Shown here: positions 50,958 to 64,000 of the stretch, one piece after another | Numbering within the stretch: position 1 is the stretch's first letter | Layout: the number at the start of each line of letters is the position of its first letter | Source of the DNA: Lama glama | Taxonomy: Eukaryota | Direction of reading: 5' to 3' | Assembly: GCA_028534125.1 (NCBI GenBank) | Contig: CM052817.1 | Span: 85,748,001-85,812,000, forward strand | DNA length: 64,000 nt | Notes under the pieces: model-generated | The model's input: only the letters and a program-made list of their open reading frames with translations | Databases searched by the model: none | Told to the model about the DNA's origin: nothing | Position numbers and translations under genes: made by a program

Positions 50958-52283
50958 CCATCTCCAATCTTAGGCAGAGGCAAAGATTCTTAACATTTCA
51001 CTCTGTATCGCCTCTAGCACGTTTCCATTTATACCAAAAAAAAAAAAAAGTGGTTCTTACAGAAGAACCAAGTTCAAATGAGAAGGAAACAAAAAAGGAA
51101 AGGCAGAGTCTTCATCACTCTACCTCTAGCTGTGAAACTGATTGATGTTTTTAAAGCTCTCAAGGAGCAGCTGCAGTTGCTGTTTCACAACAAAAAAGAA
51201 AGAAGCCAGGGAATGATGTGGCAAAATCATTTTTCCACAATAAGTAAGGAGAGGGTTATGTTAGGCAAGAATAATACAGTAAATAGAGTGGATCCGTGAA
51301 AGAAAGGGAACAGTTATGCCCCAGAGAGCCTGCAAGAGAGCTTGGCCGCAGGGCTCCACAAACTGCAGCCACCACAGAGGAAAAGCCATTCCCTAGTCCT
51401 GCTTCATTATGTGACTAATAGATCTTCTGATCCCCGAAGACCTGTTTCCCCCATTTACAGTAATGAGCAATCCCAACCTCAATCGTCTAATGCTTCCAAC
51501 ACGGAGTCCTCACCTACTTGACCCGAGGTTTCAGTTATGAGGCCTGAAGGAGACACAAGGTGGGTATTGTGGGAGAGTAATCAAGAAAATGTAGTTAAAG
51601 CCTGGATTTAATTTTTTAAGAGGAGGAAAAAATAAGAAAAATAATGTTTTCCGAGGAGCAGGGAGTAGCAGTACTAAAAATATAGATAGCCAATTTAGAA
51701 ACATGGGAAATATTTTTGAGGTAAAAGAAAAACAGATTTTGATGGTTTCATCTGTAGATTATTTCAGGTGTTTCATCGTTTGGATGTTCAAATGAATACT
51801 ATGACATGTTAGCATGTTTGTGAAGCAAAACGAGTTGGAAAAGGATGGAGCCAGGGCGCTGGGGATTAAGCTTAACTGAGGCCTATTTTTTTTTATAACC
51901 AGCCCTGTAATGGCTGATCTTCACCCATGATGGTCATTGTGAAGGAAATTATATTACATGATTTATGCTTTAGAGAATTGAGGTTAAAAACAAGCATGTT
52001 TCCCTATGTATGCTGCTGTTTTCAATAAACCTATTCAAAATATATGCTTGAGAGATTAAGATTAATGTTCTCCAGTGATAAGGACAGCACATATTTTTGG
52101 AATTATTATATCAATCAGTGTCCATACAGTGCTTTGAATAACACTTGGCATGCATTAGATACTCAATACATTTTTGTTGTATTTAATATTATTAGATTTC
52201 TGTGATAACTTTTTTGAACAAATCAGAAATTAATTAAACCATTCATCTCCTCAAGCAGATTGTAGTTTTAAAAAGGAAATTAT

Positions 52284-52348
52284 ATGTGTATGCATGTACA
52301 AATACATGTAAGGATGTGTCTGTGTCTGTGTGTGTGTGTATGTGTGTA
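52284..52348. repeat. Degenerate (TG)n microsatellite
   Basis: tgtgtctgtgtctgtgtgtgtgtgtatgtgtgta. Confidence 0.8.
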
Positions 52349-53209
52349 CAAGCTCTATAATAAAAAAAAAATACCATAGGAGAGCAAGAGCAGTGCTGGC
52401 CAAATTCAGTGAGGATTCAGTGGAGGTTTGAAATTACATTTGTGGGGAATTTGAGATTAGGAGATCAACAGCATAAAAGCTAGAAATTTAAGACTGGGTT
52501 GGATTTAAGGAGCTCCACTGGGGCAGGGTATTCATTCCAGGCTGAAGGAACATTAAACACATTGAGTTAAGGCATGAGAAAAATGGGAAATACATTGAAA
52601 TCTGCAAAAAAAAAAAAAAAAAAAGCAAATTGGAAAAGTCAAGAGTTTATGATAACAAAAAATGTTATATAACCCTAGTTATTTGGAGGTTAGGAAAAGA
52701 TCGTAAAGGATACTTATTCTCAGAAAGTAGCTTGAACTTAATCTGTGATGATGCAACAGACTGAAAGTATTTACAGGCCATGAATTTTGGTCTTTCTTGT
52801 GATGAGCTATTTGCTACATGTATGCAATAAAGAATAAGATGTACTAGAAGTAAACAAGACAAATGAATATGTGGCATCCATAAATTTATAAACTCAATTT
52901 CAAACTAACTTTATTATATTTTTTCCTATGTGCAAGAGTAATGTCATGTAAACTTTGTCCACAGCTCTAATTTCAGTGCCTAGAAGATTATTTCTTGAAT
53001 GAATATACAGAATATAGAGGCTGGCTTTAGTGAAATAAAGAGAAGCTGTGATAGAGGGTCTATGACCATTTATTAATGATTTCCTTTCTTCTCTACTGAA
53101 CTGTGAACTGCGTAAGGAAAAGAGTGCACTTACTGTGACTGACATTTTCTCCCCAGTTCCTAACACGGGTTCTAATCCACAGTACTGCTAGAAAAATACT
53201 AACTGAGCA

Positions 53210-53990
53210 AACACATTTTCATTAGTATGATTATACTCTATAAGAAGCTTTTTTAAATTGCTGAATATTTTATCTTGAGATTCTTACATATATATATGTA
53301 CCAATGTATACATGCATAATGCAGGTCTACAGCATAATTTTTAATGGCAGAAAAGTCTTTCATTTTATAAAATTATCAGAATTGATTTAATAAGCAATTG
53401 CAGATACTTTAGATAATTTTAACTATGTGATGTGTATCTGTGTTGAACAACTATAAATTATATGAGATAATATATGCCTAAAGCAAAATTTATGGAACAG
53501 TGTATGCATACACAATGTCTTAATACATATTATTAAATTATTCTAATGCTTTTTGCATATGTCTAGAACTGTATGAATGAGTCTGTTTTCCCACACCCTT
53601 GACTTTCTCAGATACATAGTTATTTTTATCTTTGCCAAACTGATAGGCAAATAAAGGTTATCTATTTTTAAGTTTGGTGATTAATATGCTTAAACACACT
53701 CAATACATTTATTGAGATTTTATTTTATTTTTCGAATTGAATATTTATGGTTTTCATTCAATTTTCCAGTTGCTTTTTCTCCTTTTCTTGCTATATTTGT
53801 AAGCAAAATATTTACATTAAACACTAACATTTTATGCCATAGTCAATGTAATGTGAAGAACTTTTTTTTCAATGTGATATGAAGATGTGACTTTTTCTAG
53901 TTTCTCAATTGACTATGACTTTATAGTTTTATATGTAATTTTTGAGTTATCAGGGGCAAATGATTTGTCTTTTCCTTTATACTTCCTCAG
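53210..53990 (-). mobile_element. Old LINE-1 3' fragment (L1ME-like)
   Basis: tgtatgaatgagtctgttttcccacaccctt...tctttgccaaactgataggc; decayed antisense L1. Confidence 0.7.
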
Positions 53991-55049
53991 CTTTGCATAT
54001 TACTCTTATGCTAATTGTTAACGTTATAAACAGAGGGGATTTTTGCTCTACAATGGTTTTTATTTTTCCTCTCCAGCAAAGCGTTCTTCTCTTCACCTCA
54101 TCCAAGCAGACAGACTTTTCTATGCCCAAATGTAAGGGATACTGTAACACACTAATAGAATACAAGTGTTTTCCTCTGACTTTTGTGATGAGAAGACCTA
54201 GGCCATTAAAGTGATGTCCAGGTCAAAGTCATGGAAAAAAGTAGATTTTTTCCCCATCTTCTGCCCTACGACAAAAGAGAATAATCTCTGCTTGGGAGGG
54301 TTGTGGGACTGATGGAGGGGAAATAATGAAAACTTAGGAAAGGAACTCTGTGCTGTATATACTATAGAAGGCCTGGGATTTGGCAAACACCCCTAAATGA
54401 CTTTGGTGAACCAGATCTGAATGCAAAAAGAATACATGATACATTTTCCAACCAAAGCCTAATGGAGGTTGGGGTAAACTCAAAACTGAAATGATGCCTG
54501 GCATATATAAGCAGGAAAGGGCTCAAGAAAGCCTCATGGCCTGGTAACTTTTACTCTCAACATTCACAGAGCTTGCCACTGGACTATTGTAGGGTACCAA
54601 AAAGTAACATAAAAATAGAAGAAATGGTTCTTAGACCTGCAGGGTCCATGAAGCGGGAATGAACAGCAAGTATGCAGTCAGTTTTAAGGACTCACTAACT
54701 GAGGACCAGCTGAGTGGTGGATGCTGGGTAGGGACCTCTGTCATCACTTGACATTAGGGAAATACCTGAGCTCCTTTGAAAATGTAACACCCCTCAAACA
54801 CCATCCCCTACTCCAAACTTAGATGCAAACCTACTTCATGGAAGAAGGATCTCAAAATGATTGAGGTTATTTTTCTAGCAAACTGCTGATCAGGAGCTTG
54901 AAATGATAATAAAATTGATTCATAAATAATTCAGTAGTTGCATATCTGACTTTGTGAACAAAAATTTACCCTTACTATGGTCACAAAGAAAGTAAAACCA
55001 TCAACCTATCATTTTTCTAATACCTTTGTCAAATCTGCTTTTAAATTTA

Positions 55050-55988
55050 TTGCTTTTATTTTTATTTTTTTAAATTAAAGTACAGTTTACAATTTTGTGT
55101 TAATTTTGGTGTACAACATAGTGATACGTGTGTGTGTGTGTGTGTTTATATTATATATGTATTCCTTTTCATATTCTTTTTAATTATAGGCTATTACAAG
55201 GTATTAAATAGAGTCCCCTGTGCAATACACTAAGACCTGGTTGTTTATTTTACATATATTAGTATCTGCAAATCCTGAACTCCCAATTTATCCCTCCACC
55301 CTCCCTTTTCCCCCAACATATATATACATATATAATCATATATAGGTATATTTTAATGTCTGTGAGTCTGTTTCAGTTTTGTAAATAAATTCATGTGCAT
55401 CATTTTTTTTTTACATTCCACATATAAGTGATATCATATGGTATTTTCTTTCTCTTTCTGGCTTACTTCATTTAGTATGATAATCTCTGGGTCCATCCAT
55501 GTTGCTGCAAATGGCATTATTTTATTCTTTTTTATGGCCAAGTAGTATTCCATTGTATAAATATACTACAGCTTCTTTATCCAGTGATTCATTGATTGAC
55601 ATTCACATTGCTTCCATGTGTTGGCTGTTATAAATAGTACTGCTATGAACATTGGGGTGAATGTTTCTTTTCAAATTAGGGTTTCCTCCAATATATACTG
55701 GAATGGGACTGCTGGATCATATGGTAATTCTATTTTTAGTTTTTTAAGGAATCTCCATACTGTTTTCCATAGTGGCTTCACCAGTTTTCATTTCCACCAA
55801 CAGTGTAGGAGGGTTCGCCTTTCTCCACATCCTCTCCAGCATTTATTATTTTTTGACTTTTGAATGATGGCCATTCTGACAGGTGTGAGATGATGCCTCA
55901 TTGTAGTTTTGATTTGTATTTCTGTGATAATTAGCAATATTGAGCATTTTTTCATGTGCCTGTTGGTCATTTGTATGCCTTCATTGGA
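55050..55988 (-). mobile_element. Lineage-specific LINE-1 3' fragment with TSD
   Basis: ORF 55788-55970(-): [17 protein letters not shown]...[17 protein letters not shown], the ORF2 CCHC region. TSD tg(c/t)ttttaaattta at 55036-55049 and 55989-56002. Confidence 0.95.
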
Positions 55989-56503
55989 TGTTTTTAAATT
56001 TAAGTACTTGAATGTATTTATTTGAATTTATTTTTGTGAAAGAATGAAGGGAGAATCTAAAAGTTATAAAGAAAAAGCATTCGTGAGTACTGGGGAATGT
56101 ACCCTTCCCAATGCATGTGTACTGCTTAGATTTCAGCTTTGTTTGCTCCCCCAGTTCTGAGTGAGCCAGTCTCAAGGAGGAAATACTGTATTAGAATGAA
56201 ACTCCCAATTTGTATTATTTCTGATGGTCAAATTACAAATGGTTAAGTTACAAATTAATAAGGTTATTTTCCTTACAAAGGTTCTGTTTTTACTGACTCT
56301 CTGAATTTCAATAATTACTCTTATCTCTGGTCCTTTATCTTTCCTGCTAGGACAGGATGTTTATGCAAAAATATTCAACATGTGGATGCAAGGTTTTTTC
56401 TTTAGTTTTGATGTTATTACTCACCCACTGGGGTAGAAAGGCTTAGAAATGGCGATTCTCAGTAGCTCCAGTACTATTTCCAGAACTTCACTTCTTTTTA
56501 TTA

Positions 56504-56770
56504 CAGGTCCACAGACCTTTATTTGCATTTCTGAAATCCATCAATACCTTAAGAATGATTTCTTGGGGGTAATTCATTTACATATCTGACATAAACTTTA
56601 ATTTAAATGAGGATTTTTATGTTGTTTACATTTTGCCTACAGTTACTATCCCCAATCCTACTGGGGATGTTATAAAACATATTGTATATTAAGTCTTTTG
56701 CTTATTTAAATTGGAAATATTCTGAGTTTTCAAAGACAAGTGTATCAAAAGTTTTCAGAATGTGGACCTG
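56504..56770. mobile_element. Tc1/mariner (Tigger-type) MITE
   Basis: Perfect 10-bp terminal inverted repeats caggtccaca / tgtggacctg, each flanked by TA (56502-56503, 56771-56772). Confidence 0.85.
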
Positions 56771-58499
56771 TAGGTATTGGGCTATATTTTAGTGATCCTT
56801 TCAGAAATTGTTCCACTTGCATGTCTGCTCATTTGCTGGGCTCTCAAACAGGGTTATATGCTGATTTCTGCTCTTCTCTTCCCAATTATTCAAAATCATA
56901 CTGTATAGGTCATGTGTATTATGGTTTGTGGTATTTTAGGTTTGCTTTGGTTCATTATAGTTGGTTATAGGGGAGGAGGTAGTTTCTGGGGAGGTCATAT
57001 TTCTGACCATGACTATTTTAGCAACTTTCATGAGAAGTTCTTAGAATTGACTCCTAGAAAAATTTTTCTGAATAAAATAGAGGGAGTGAATTGGAGAGGA
57101 ACAAGAAAATGTAGAAATATCATTTAATGTTTCCAGCAGTTAGTGAATCAAATGAAAGTGCAAACTCTACTTACACTCTAGGGCTCTGCATTAGGAAAGT
57201 ATATACATTTTTTACTGTTGCTTTTCAACTTGGAATTCTGGCGTGATGAATCTTCTTGTTACTAGGTTCTTTTCTGCACAGAGCTAGCTGTTGGGTCTGG
57301 GGATCCAATCTGCAGTCTGTGCTTGGATAACCAAATGGTGCAAATAACCCAGATGTTTTATGAGATCTGAAATTAAATAACTATGCAAAATATTTCTTTG
57401 TAGGTAAATAATGATCTGCATTAGAGTAAATGATTTCAGTCTGCACCATGTGCTTTCAAATTCTGTTTTATGCTCCTTTCAAGTAAAAATATGAAAAATG
57501 CTGCACTGAGATCTGTAATGACACTGAATATAGTTTTCTGGATAGTTTCAGTGATCCCTCTGAGGCACATTCTCTGCACTATCTTTGCGGAAGCAATAGG
57601 TTTGCTTCTCATTAGTTAGGAGAGACAAGTGTTTTTCACCACACCATGGAACTCATCTCAAAAAGACAAGGCAAGGAGTCACACAGCTATAGGTTAACCC
57701 TGACGTCCACTGACAGTACTGGCTTTGTCGGGAGATGGAGTAGTGATCATACACTCCCTAGTAGGCTCTGGGGAGGAATCTCTGCTTAAGAGTAGGTTGG
57801 AGTTGTTCATTAATAGCACACCTGTCCAAACAAATAACAAGCCCTGAAAGTAGGAAGCCATTGCTTTTAACTCACCTAAGCTCAAACTCTAAGAGTAAGA
57901 GTTTTGCTTTCTAAATTCCACTTACAAGATTAAAGGTAAAGACCATATAAAATGTTACCAAATGACTTCTCACTCAAGGGGAATTTGAATCTGTGTAACT
58001 AGAGCACTCATAATTATGTTAGATGTGAATTTACAGAATAGCTGACAGAATATACAACAATGCAATGCACACTTACTTAATATATCAATTTTAAATAAAC
58101 CTTATATGATGAATAAAATTTAGAGATATGAATGAGAAAAAAACATGATTTTATTTTATTTCCCAAGCCCTTTAAGTGTTCATTTTTTTTCCTGACAGAT
58201 TAATGATATTCATCCAAGAAAAGCTTTATAGCTTAAGATGAGGAAAAATTATTAAAATTTGACAAAGTGAAACTCATTTACTTCTGGATTGATCACAATT
58301 TCATGTGACTACTTGAATGAATCAATCAATTAGTCAATCTTTCTGTCTCTCTCTCTTTCCTTTCACTTTTTAAAAGTCTTACCTAAGTTCTCATTGTTGT
58401 CACCTCTGCATCCTATCTAACATACTGCATGAGGATTACTAAGAAAGTGCCATGCGTTTTGAATACTTTTGCACATTTTCTACATCAGTCCGTTGATCT

Positions 58500-58815
58500 T
58501 TACCTAAAATCCTGTTTCTCCTTCACCCTTATGGACTCCAAACTACTACTTTATTGATGCCTCCATGGAATCCTTTTCATGCCAGATACAATTAGGGTGG
58601 TCAAGGTTTTGTTTTTTACATCTACATGGGTTTTTAGCATATTTATGTATAATATTTATCATATAGTGTTTTACTTATCTCTCTGCATTTCTGTCCATCC
58701 CATGCATACCGTGATTTCAGAGAAGGAATAGGCCGTATTCCCAATTCTTACTCATTTTTTAACCACAGATCCCAGCCTATGATGTGGCATAATTATGAAG
58801 CTCAACAAATTAATA
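58500..58815 (+). mobile_element. L2 3' fragment
   Basis: gatgcctccatggaatcctttt...cagatcccagcctatgatgtggcataattatgaagctcaacaaat. Confidence 0.5.
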
Positions 58816-59124
58816 TTACAGAAAGCTTTAAGCTATTTTAGTAAACTTTCAACCTGATATAATATTATGCTTCAAATAAACTGAAAAGCACTTAATACCT
58901 ATGTAATCAAAAATAAATTATATATGGTAGAATTTGCCAATTATGATTTAAATAATTACTGTAAATGCACTTTTAAGTGGCATTTTAAATTGCAAAAATA
59001 TGAATCTATACTTTGAGACTTCAAATTATTTTCAGTAAATTACATGTGATTTGAGACTGATAATCCATGAAAACTTCCCTCAATGTGTTTATTTGAAGCA
59101 GCTCTCTGCCATTTTCAGATAAAG

Positions 59125-59400
59125 CAACAACAACAACAACAATAATAATAACAACAAATTACCAATGATAAAGGGCATAATAGAAGCCAAACTCTGTGCC
59201 AAAAGTCACTTGTATTTTCTTATTTAACTACTACAACCACCCTTTGATGCTAGTGCTGTTCACCTGTCTCACAGATTTGGAACCAAGGTACAGAGAAGTG
59301 GGGTTCAGTAGTCAGACTAAAGTCACAGTGGTGATGACGAGGGGATCCAGGTTTCGAAAATAGTCATTTAGATGCCAGAGCTTTTGCTGTTAACCAAATG
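59125..59400 (-). mobile_element. MIR SINE preceded by an (AAC/AAT)n repeat
   Basis: caacaacaacaacaacaataataac, then tatttaactactacaaccaccctttg...cacagatttggaaccaaggtacagagaagt. Confidence 0.7.
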
Positions 59401-60769
59401 GATAAGACATGCTGTTTAACCTCCAGTTGGGAGACACAGGTAATCATAAATTCCATGGGGGAAAAAGGGTGCACTTGTTAGCGATCACTAAGCAAATGTA
59501 TATTCGTGATTAAAAATGAAAATGCCAAAGATTCTGTTCTAATTTAGGTGACTCTTAGATTAATATCATGATTTTATTTGTAGTTTAATGTCTGGGAAAT
59601 TATATTTTGCATGAAGACTAAGTATTTCACTTTGTAAATCGAAGGGTTAGAGCTTATGTAAGTCTCATTAGCACCATGATCTAATAATTGGTTTACATAT
59701 CCTATAATAATATGTATGTATGGATAGCAGTCATTAGAAGCAGAAAAAAAGCATGTCACTGGAATACCTTGGAAGAAAATGTGTATTTTAGGGTTAAAGT
59801 TAATAAAATCCAAAATAAATTAGAAATGAAAATATCTCTTCCTTGTGAGTTTTGAGAATCTGAAACATGCATATGAATCAGATAAAGAAAATTAAAACCA
59901 TTCTAAATATTTCAAACACTGGACATTTACTATAGGAAATTGGCTTCAAAAAACACAGAAGGGCTAGAAATTCTAGAAGTTCAAAAACAAAATGAATCCA
60001 CATCAAGAGCATAGAGAAAAAAAGATGAAGCCAGAGTACACACAATATTTTTATGGGGTTTTATGTAAAATTACAGCCCCAACTCCTATGTCTAGAGTCC
60101 AAGAAACTTTTGCTTTCCTTTTTGCTTGATGTATTCTTGGTATCTGGGATGTTAGATTTACAATATAAATTTTGTGTTCTATTGAAGAACACGATAGAAT
60201 TTGGGGTTTCTTTTGGTCTTTAGACACCTGATTTGGGGTCCTTTTGTGAATTCATTTTGAATCTGCACTGCAATGGGTCACAAACAATCATTGGTCTATT
60301 TAGTTGTCTTTTGTACTAATAATATTGAAAGGGAAATCAATTTTGAGAACTTTAATAGGAATGACAGGCAGACACGATAGTGAAGATGTAAAGCATACTT
60401 AGAGACATCAACTCTGCTAATGAAAACTGTTTGCCTGTCTCAATACACTCTTACAATTAACATCTATCTACCTGAATTACACCTACTTGGATCTAAAGAG
60501 ATACAAAGATATCTGCTTTACTGCACTGTTCTAGAATCTGCTTATTTACATAAGCTTTTAGTATCTTTTTACAGATATTCTACATCAACTACCGTGTCTC
60601 AACAGGTACACAAAAAGTTGTAGGTCTAAGTTCTTACTCTTTATAGAACTTAAACCCAGTGTAGATTTAACAGGCTAAGTTGAAAGAGGCTAACATCAAC
60701 TGATGAAAGTCCCTGCTCTCACTCCAGGCTTTGTGGGCTTTACAAATTACTTAATCTCTCTTTCTCTTA

Positions 60770-61000
60770 CCAAATATTGAACACTTATATCAAGCACTAT
60801 GATAAGCTTTTCCTATGACTAATCTCACTCAATTCCCACAACAATATTAAACCTTGATTATTATTATTCTGATTTTATAGAAGTGAAAATTGATGTTCCA
60901 ATAAATAATATACCCAAGGTCAGTTTTGAAATTTGGGGGCTAGAATTGTAAATAATATTTACTGATTCCAAAATCTTTGTGCATTTAGCAATAGACTGCC
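60770..61000 (-). mobile_element. MIR SINE
   Basis: attgaacacttatatcaagcactatgataagc...attattattctgattttatagaagtgaaaattgatg...cccaaggtca. Confidence 0.7.
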
Positions 61001-61260
61001 TCCCTCGTTAAGCCATGTTGGTTAATTTAATTTTTCAGAAAAAGGACAAATAAGAGCAGTGACTTTTAGGACCATAAGAGATAGTGCAATAACATATGTA
61101 AAGTAATGGCTACTTTTTGAAATCCCATAAACCAGTCAGTAAATTTGCATTCCGTTTCATCTTTCCATTCTCCTAGAGTAAATGAAAACAAACAAGCAGA
61201 CATTTCAGAATCACAATGGTGTTAATGACAGATAATATGGAAGTATGTCAGAAAGCATAC

Positions 61261-61360
61261 AATTTTAAATTAATTTATTAATTAATTAATAATTTATTTA
61301 TTATTATATATTATATTATATATTATTATATAATATAATTTATAATTATTTAATTTATTA
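61261..61360. repeat. AT-only low-complexity tract
   Basis: About 100 bp of A/T only (taattaattaataatttatttattattatatattatattata...). Confidence 0.9.
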
Positions 61361-63139
61361 CAGTTAAAAATTTGAACATGTCCCCTTCTAGACATATCAC
61401 AGCATAAATGAATAGTTCACTAGATAAATCAGTAGTAAGATGCCTATTATAGAATCAATGGGTTAATTCAATTCTCATCTTTTCAAAGTTTCCCCTTAAA
61501 CTTGAAACACATATTAATAACAAATCAGTATGGACAAAGTACAATCCATTGGAGAGTTATAATTTAGTGATATAAGCAACATATTTAAAGAATTTATTTA
61601 CAAGCACATATCGAATGCTAACTATATGCCAGGAACCATGTTAAATTTTAAACTCTTAAAAAAGAAGATATTCCGAACAGATTCAGAAGTTCAGCAGGGA
61701 AACTGCTATATCATGATAGCACATATTGGTCCATCTTAAGCAATATCAAAGGTTGATGACTTGGGAGAAACAGCGATCTCTCAAAATATGTCCCAATGTT
61801 GTAATCAAACTGTAAACTATGATTATGCACAGAAGGGGTTTTCTTTGATATTTCTCTCCTGCTTCTAAAAGCTCTGGGAAATTGCTTACCAAGTTTAGCT
61901 TTACTAGTACAGCAGTAATGGGAGACTTCAGTAAAATCTGTATTGACCTCAAAATCCAGAAATTGAAATTTATGATATATATTGTATTATTTTAAAATAT
62001 AATAAGCACATACTACTACTACTTAATTGTTAACATCAGTTAATTCAGTGATGTGATAGAAAATTGAGACACTATTAATTCACACGTATAAATCTGTTTT
62101 TACTGAAGTGAAAAACTCACTGAAGATTCCAAGCATATAGCATAGAATATTGGAGGACTAAAATAATCTGTCACTGTAATTTTTTGCCCAGCATTTCATG
62201 CTCTCAGTTAATAAAATTATTTGACTTAAACAACTAAAAAAGCAACTTCTATATTGTTCATACTGTGAAACAAAAAATAGCTATCTCCTCTTTGTACTTC
62301 TTTTGACAGAATTAAATTACATTTCTGATGTGTCAAACTGGAGAATATCTTGTTGGCTTCTGACACGGTGCAACACAAATATATGTGACAAATTACAGAT
62401 CTTTTTAATATTAAATACTAGCTATCAATTCACACATCTGTAGCAATAGTTTGGATTTTTAAAAAGTGGCAAGTGGAAAATAGCCTAAGTAATATATGTT
62501 CACATAAAGCATGAGCAAGTTATTTTTCGTCTGTCTCGTCTTCTAAAAATCCAAAACTTCTTCTAACTTATTCTGTGTTTTTTATTTAGAACTATTTGCA
62601 ATATAGCATTTCTGTAAAGTTTTACGACTCTCAATTATAGTATAATACTGGACTCTATATTGGTACTATCGATATAGTATAATGACAAGTTTGCAAATTT
62701 AAATTAATTCCTTTGGTGTCAATATTCTTAAAATTTAAAAGAAAAGAGGAAGTAGTTACCATTATCTGTCATAATTATTATATTAGAAAACATGTGCTTA
62801 CTTAAATAATATATGTGCATTCATAGTGAGGATGTAGATGTGAAGATCATCAAAGTAAGGCAGAGACAAAGTAAGGATGGAGGAGGGAGGAGGCCGGGAG
62901 GGACAGGAGGAGAGAGAGAGACAACTGATATATTGGATGTTGGACTTCGACAACATGCAGAATTTGAATCATTCTGGTATACTAAATCTTCCTCTGAGAA
63001 AAAATATCCTATCCACACTTCGTAACAAGTCCCATGCCATGCACTAGGTGATACTGCCATCCTGTGCGTCACTAGTTGAGTCAGATATTGACACCTAAGC
63101 CAGGGAGCCTTCCTCATCTGCCCAGTGGTCAGTAGGGTG

Positions 63140-63345
63140 ACGTGTGAAAGACAGTATTAAGTAGCGTGTTAAGTTCTGTCCTGTCTTCATTACTTACTAG
63201 CTATGTGATCTTGGGCAAGTTATTTAACTTCTTTTCATTTTAATTTTATCATCTCTAAAATAAAGAAAATATTATGAACTTCGAGTAAGTTTTTTAAGGA
63301 AGAATTAAGCTAATATCTCTGAAAATTTAGAACAGGTAATAATAT
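63140..63345 (+). mobile_element. MIR SINE
   Basis: tacttactagctatgtgatcttgggcaagttatttaacttc...tcatctctaaaataaag. Confidence 0.8.
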
Positions 63346-64000
63346 ATAATAAAGAGGCCATATTGTGTAGTGACTAATGGATCAAATCAGACTCTTTCTT
63401 AGTGAGTTGTAGGCACAAAGGGGTTGCGAAGGGGTGAGAATGGTCAGTACAGCAGTATACTGAGGTAGAAATCATGATCCCTCAAAGATCTGTAGGCTTG
63501 AAAAAAAATGTGTAAATTGATGCCCTAGATCTCTAGTATCAGCGTCTCTTTGAGAGGTTTTCAATACCTTTAGGTCTTACAACAGAGAAAATCTTTTAGA
63601 ATGTATGGAATGTGATCGGGTGGGTACCAGTGCACTAGAGTGGGGCGATTATGAGCAGTTCTAAGAGAATAAAATGATGAAGTGCTAGTGAAACACTCAT
63701 GATAGCCCAATTATCAAGAAGTTTAATTACAGAACTGGTAATTAGTGTTTCATGCTCCTTATGTCTCCATTTATTCTTACAAACCAAAATGCCTATCACT
63801 TAAAGGCATACGACACAGCTCTGTTCTTCGAAACCTGGAGGAGTCATATTTAATACTCTACCTAATCTATGATGGTCCTCAGATTTATACCAAAAGATGA
63901 TTAGAGTTGCATGTGTGGTGAAGAAATCTACTGCAATAGAATGCAATTGGAGAGAAAATACTACATCTTAAGTTGTCAGATATGCATGCCTGGTCCAGGG

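Noticed and set aside
1378..55970. ORFs with real protein similarity (1378-1563, 4243-4440, 19777-19962, 55788-55970)
   Set aside because: Broken L1 ORF2 or ERVL dUTPase remnants, not host genes.
62813..63117. Overlapping 70-aa and 98-aa ORFs
   Set aside because: Explained by a low-complexity purine tract; no recognisable domain or exon structure.
1..64000. CRISPR array, operon, tRNA/rRNA, CpG island, NUMT, non-retroviral viral insert or processed pseudogene
   Set aside because: None seen. The sequence is repeat-rich, CpG-depleted mammalian DNA.

Overview
AT-rich mammalian (eutherian) non-coding DNA. The young LINE-1 3' ends look cetartiodactyl, probably camelid. This is an inference from recalled L1 3'-end sequence and from the absence of Alu, Bov-tA/BovB, PRE1 and CAN SINEs. 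I found no supportable protein-coding gene, tRNA, rRNA or CRISPR. The short ORFs in the track are LINE-1/ERV remnants or chance ORFs. The window is a mosaic of L1 fragments of several ages (two nested, with TSDs), L2 and MIR remnants, MaLR/ERVL/ERV1 solo LTRs, two converging ERVL pol-dUTPase fossils, DNA-transposon MITEs and one 500-N assembly gap. These are separated by repeat-poor unique blocks that may be conserved regulatory sequence. L1s lie on both strands about equally, which fits intergenic DNA better than an intron. The best leads are a MER41-like solo LTR retaining a GAS/STAT site, a convergent pair of ERVL integrase-dUTPase fossils, and two candidate minus-strand exons in CpG-retaining unique blocks. 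I see no convincing previously undescribed system. Repeat subfamily names are from memory of consensus sequences, most boundaries are approximate, and all need RepeatMasker/Dfam confirmation.
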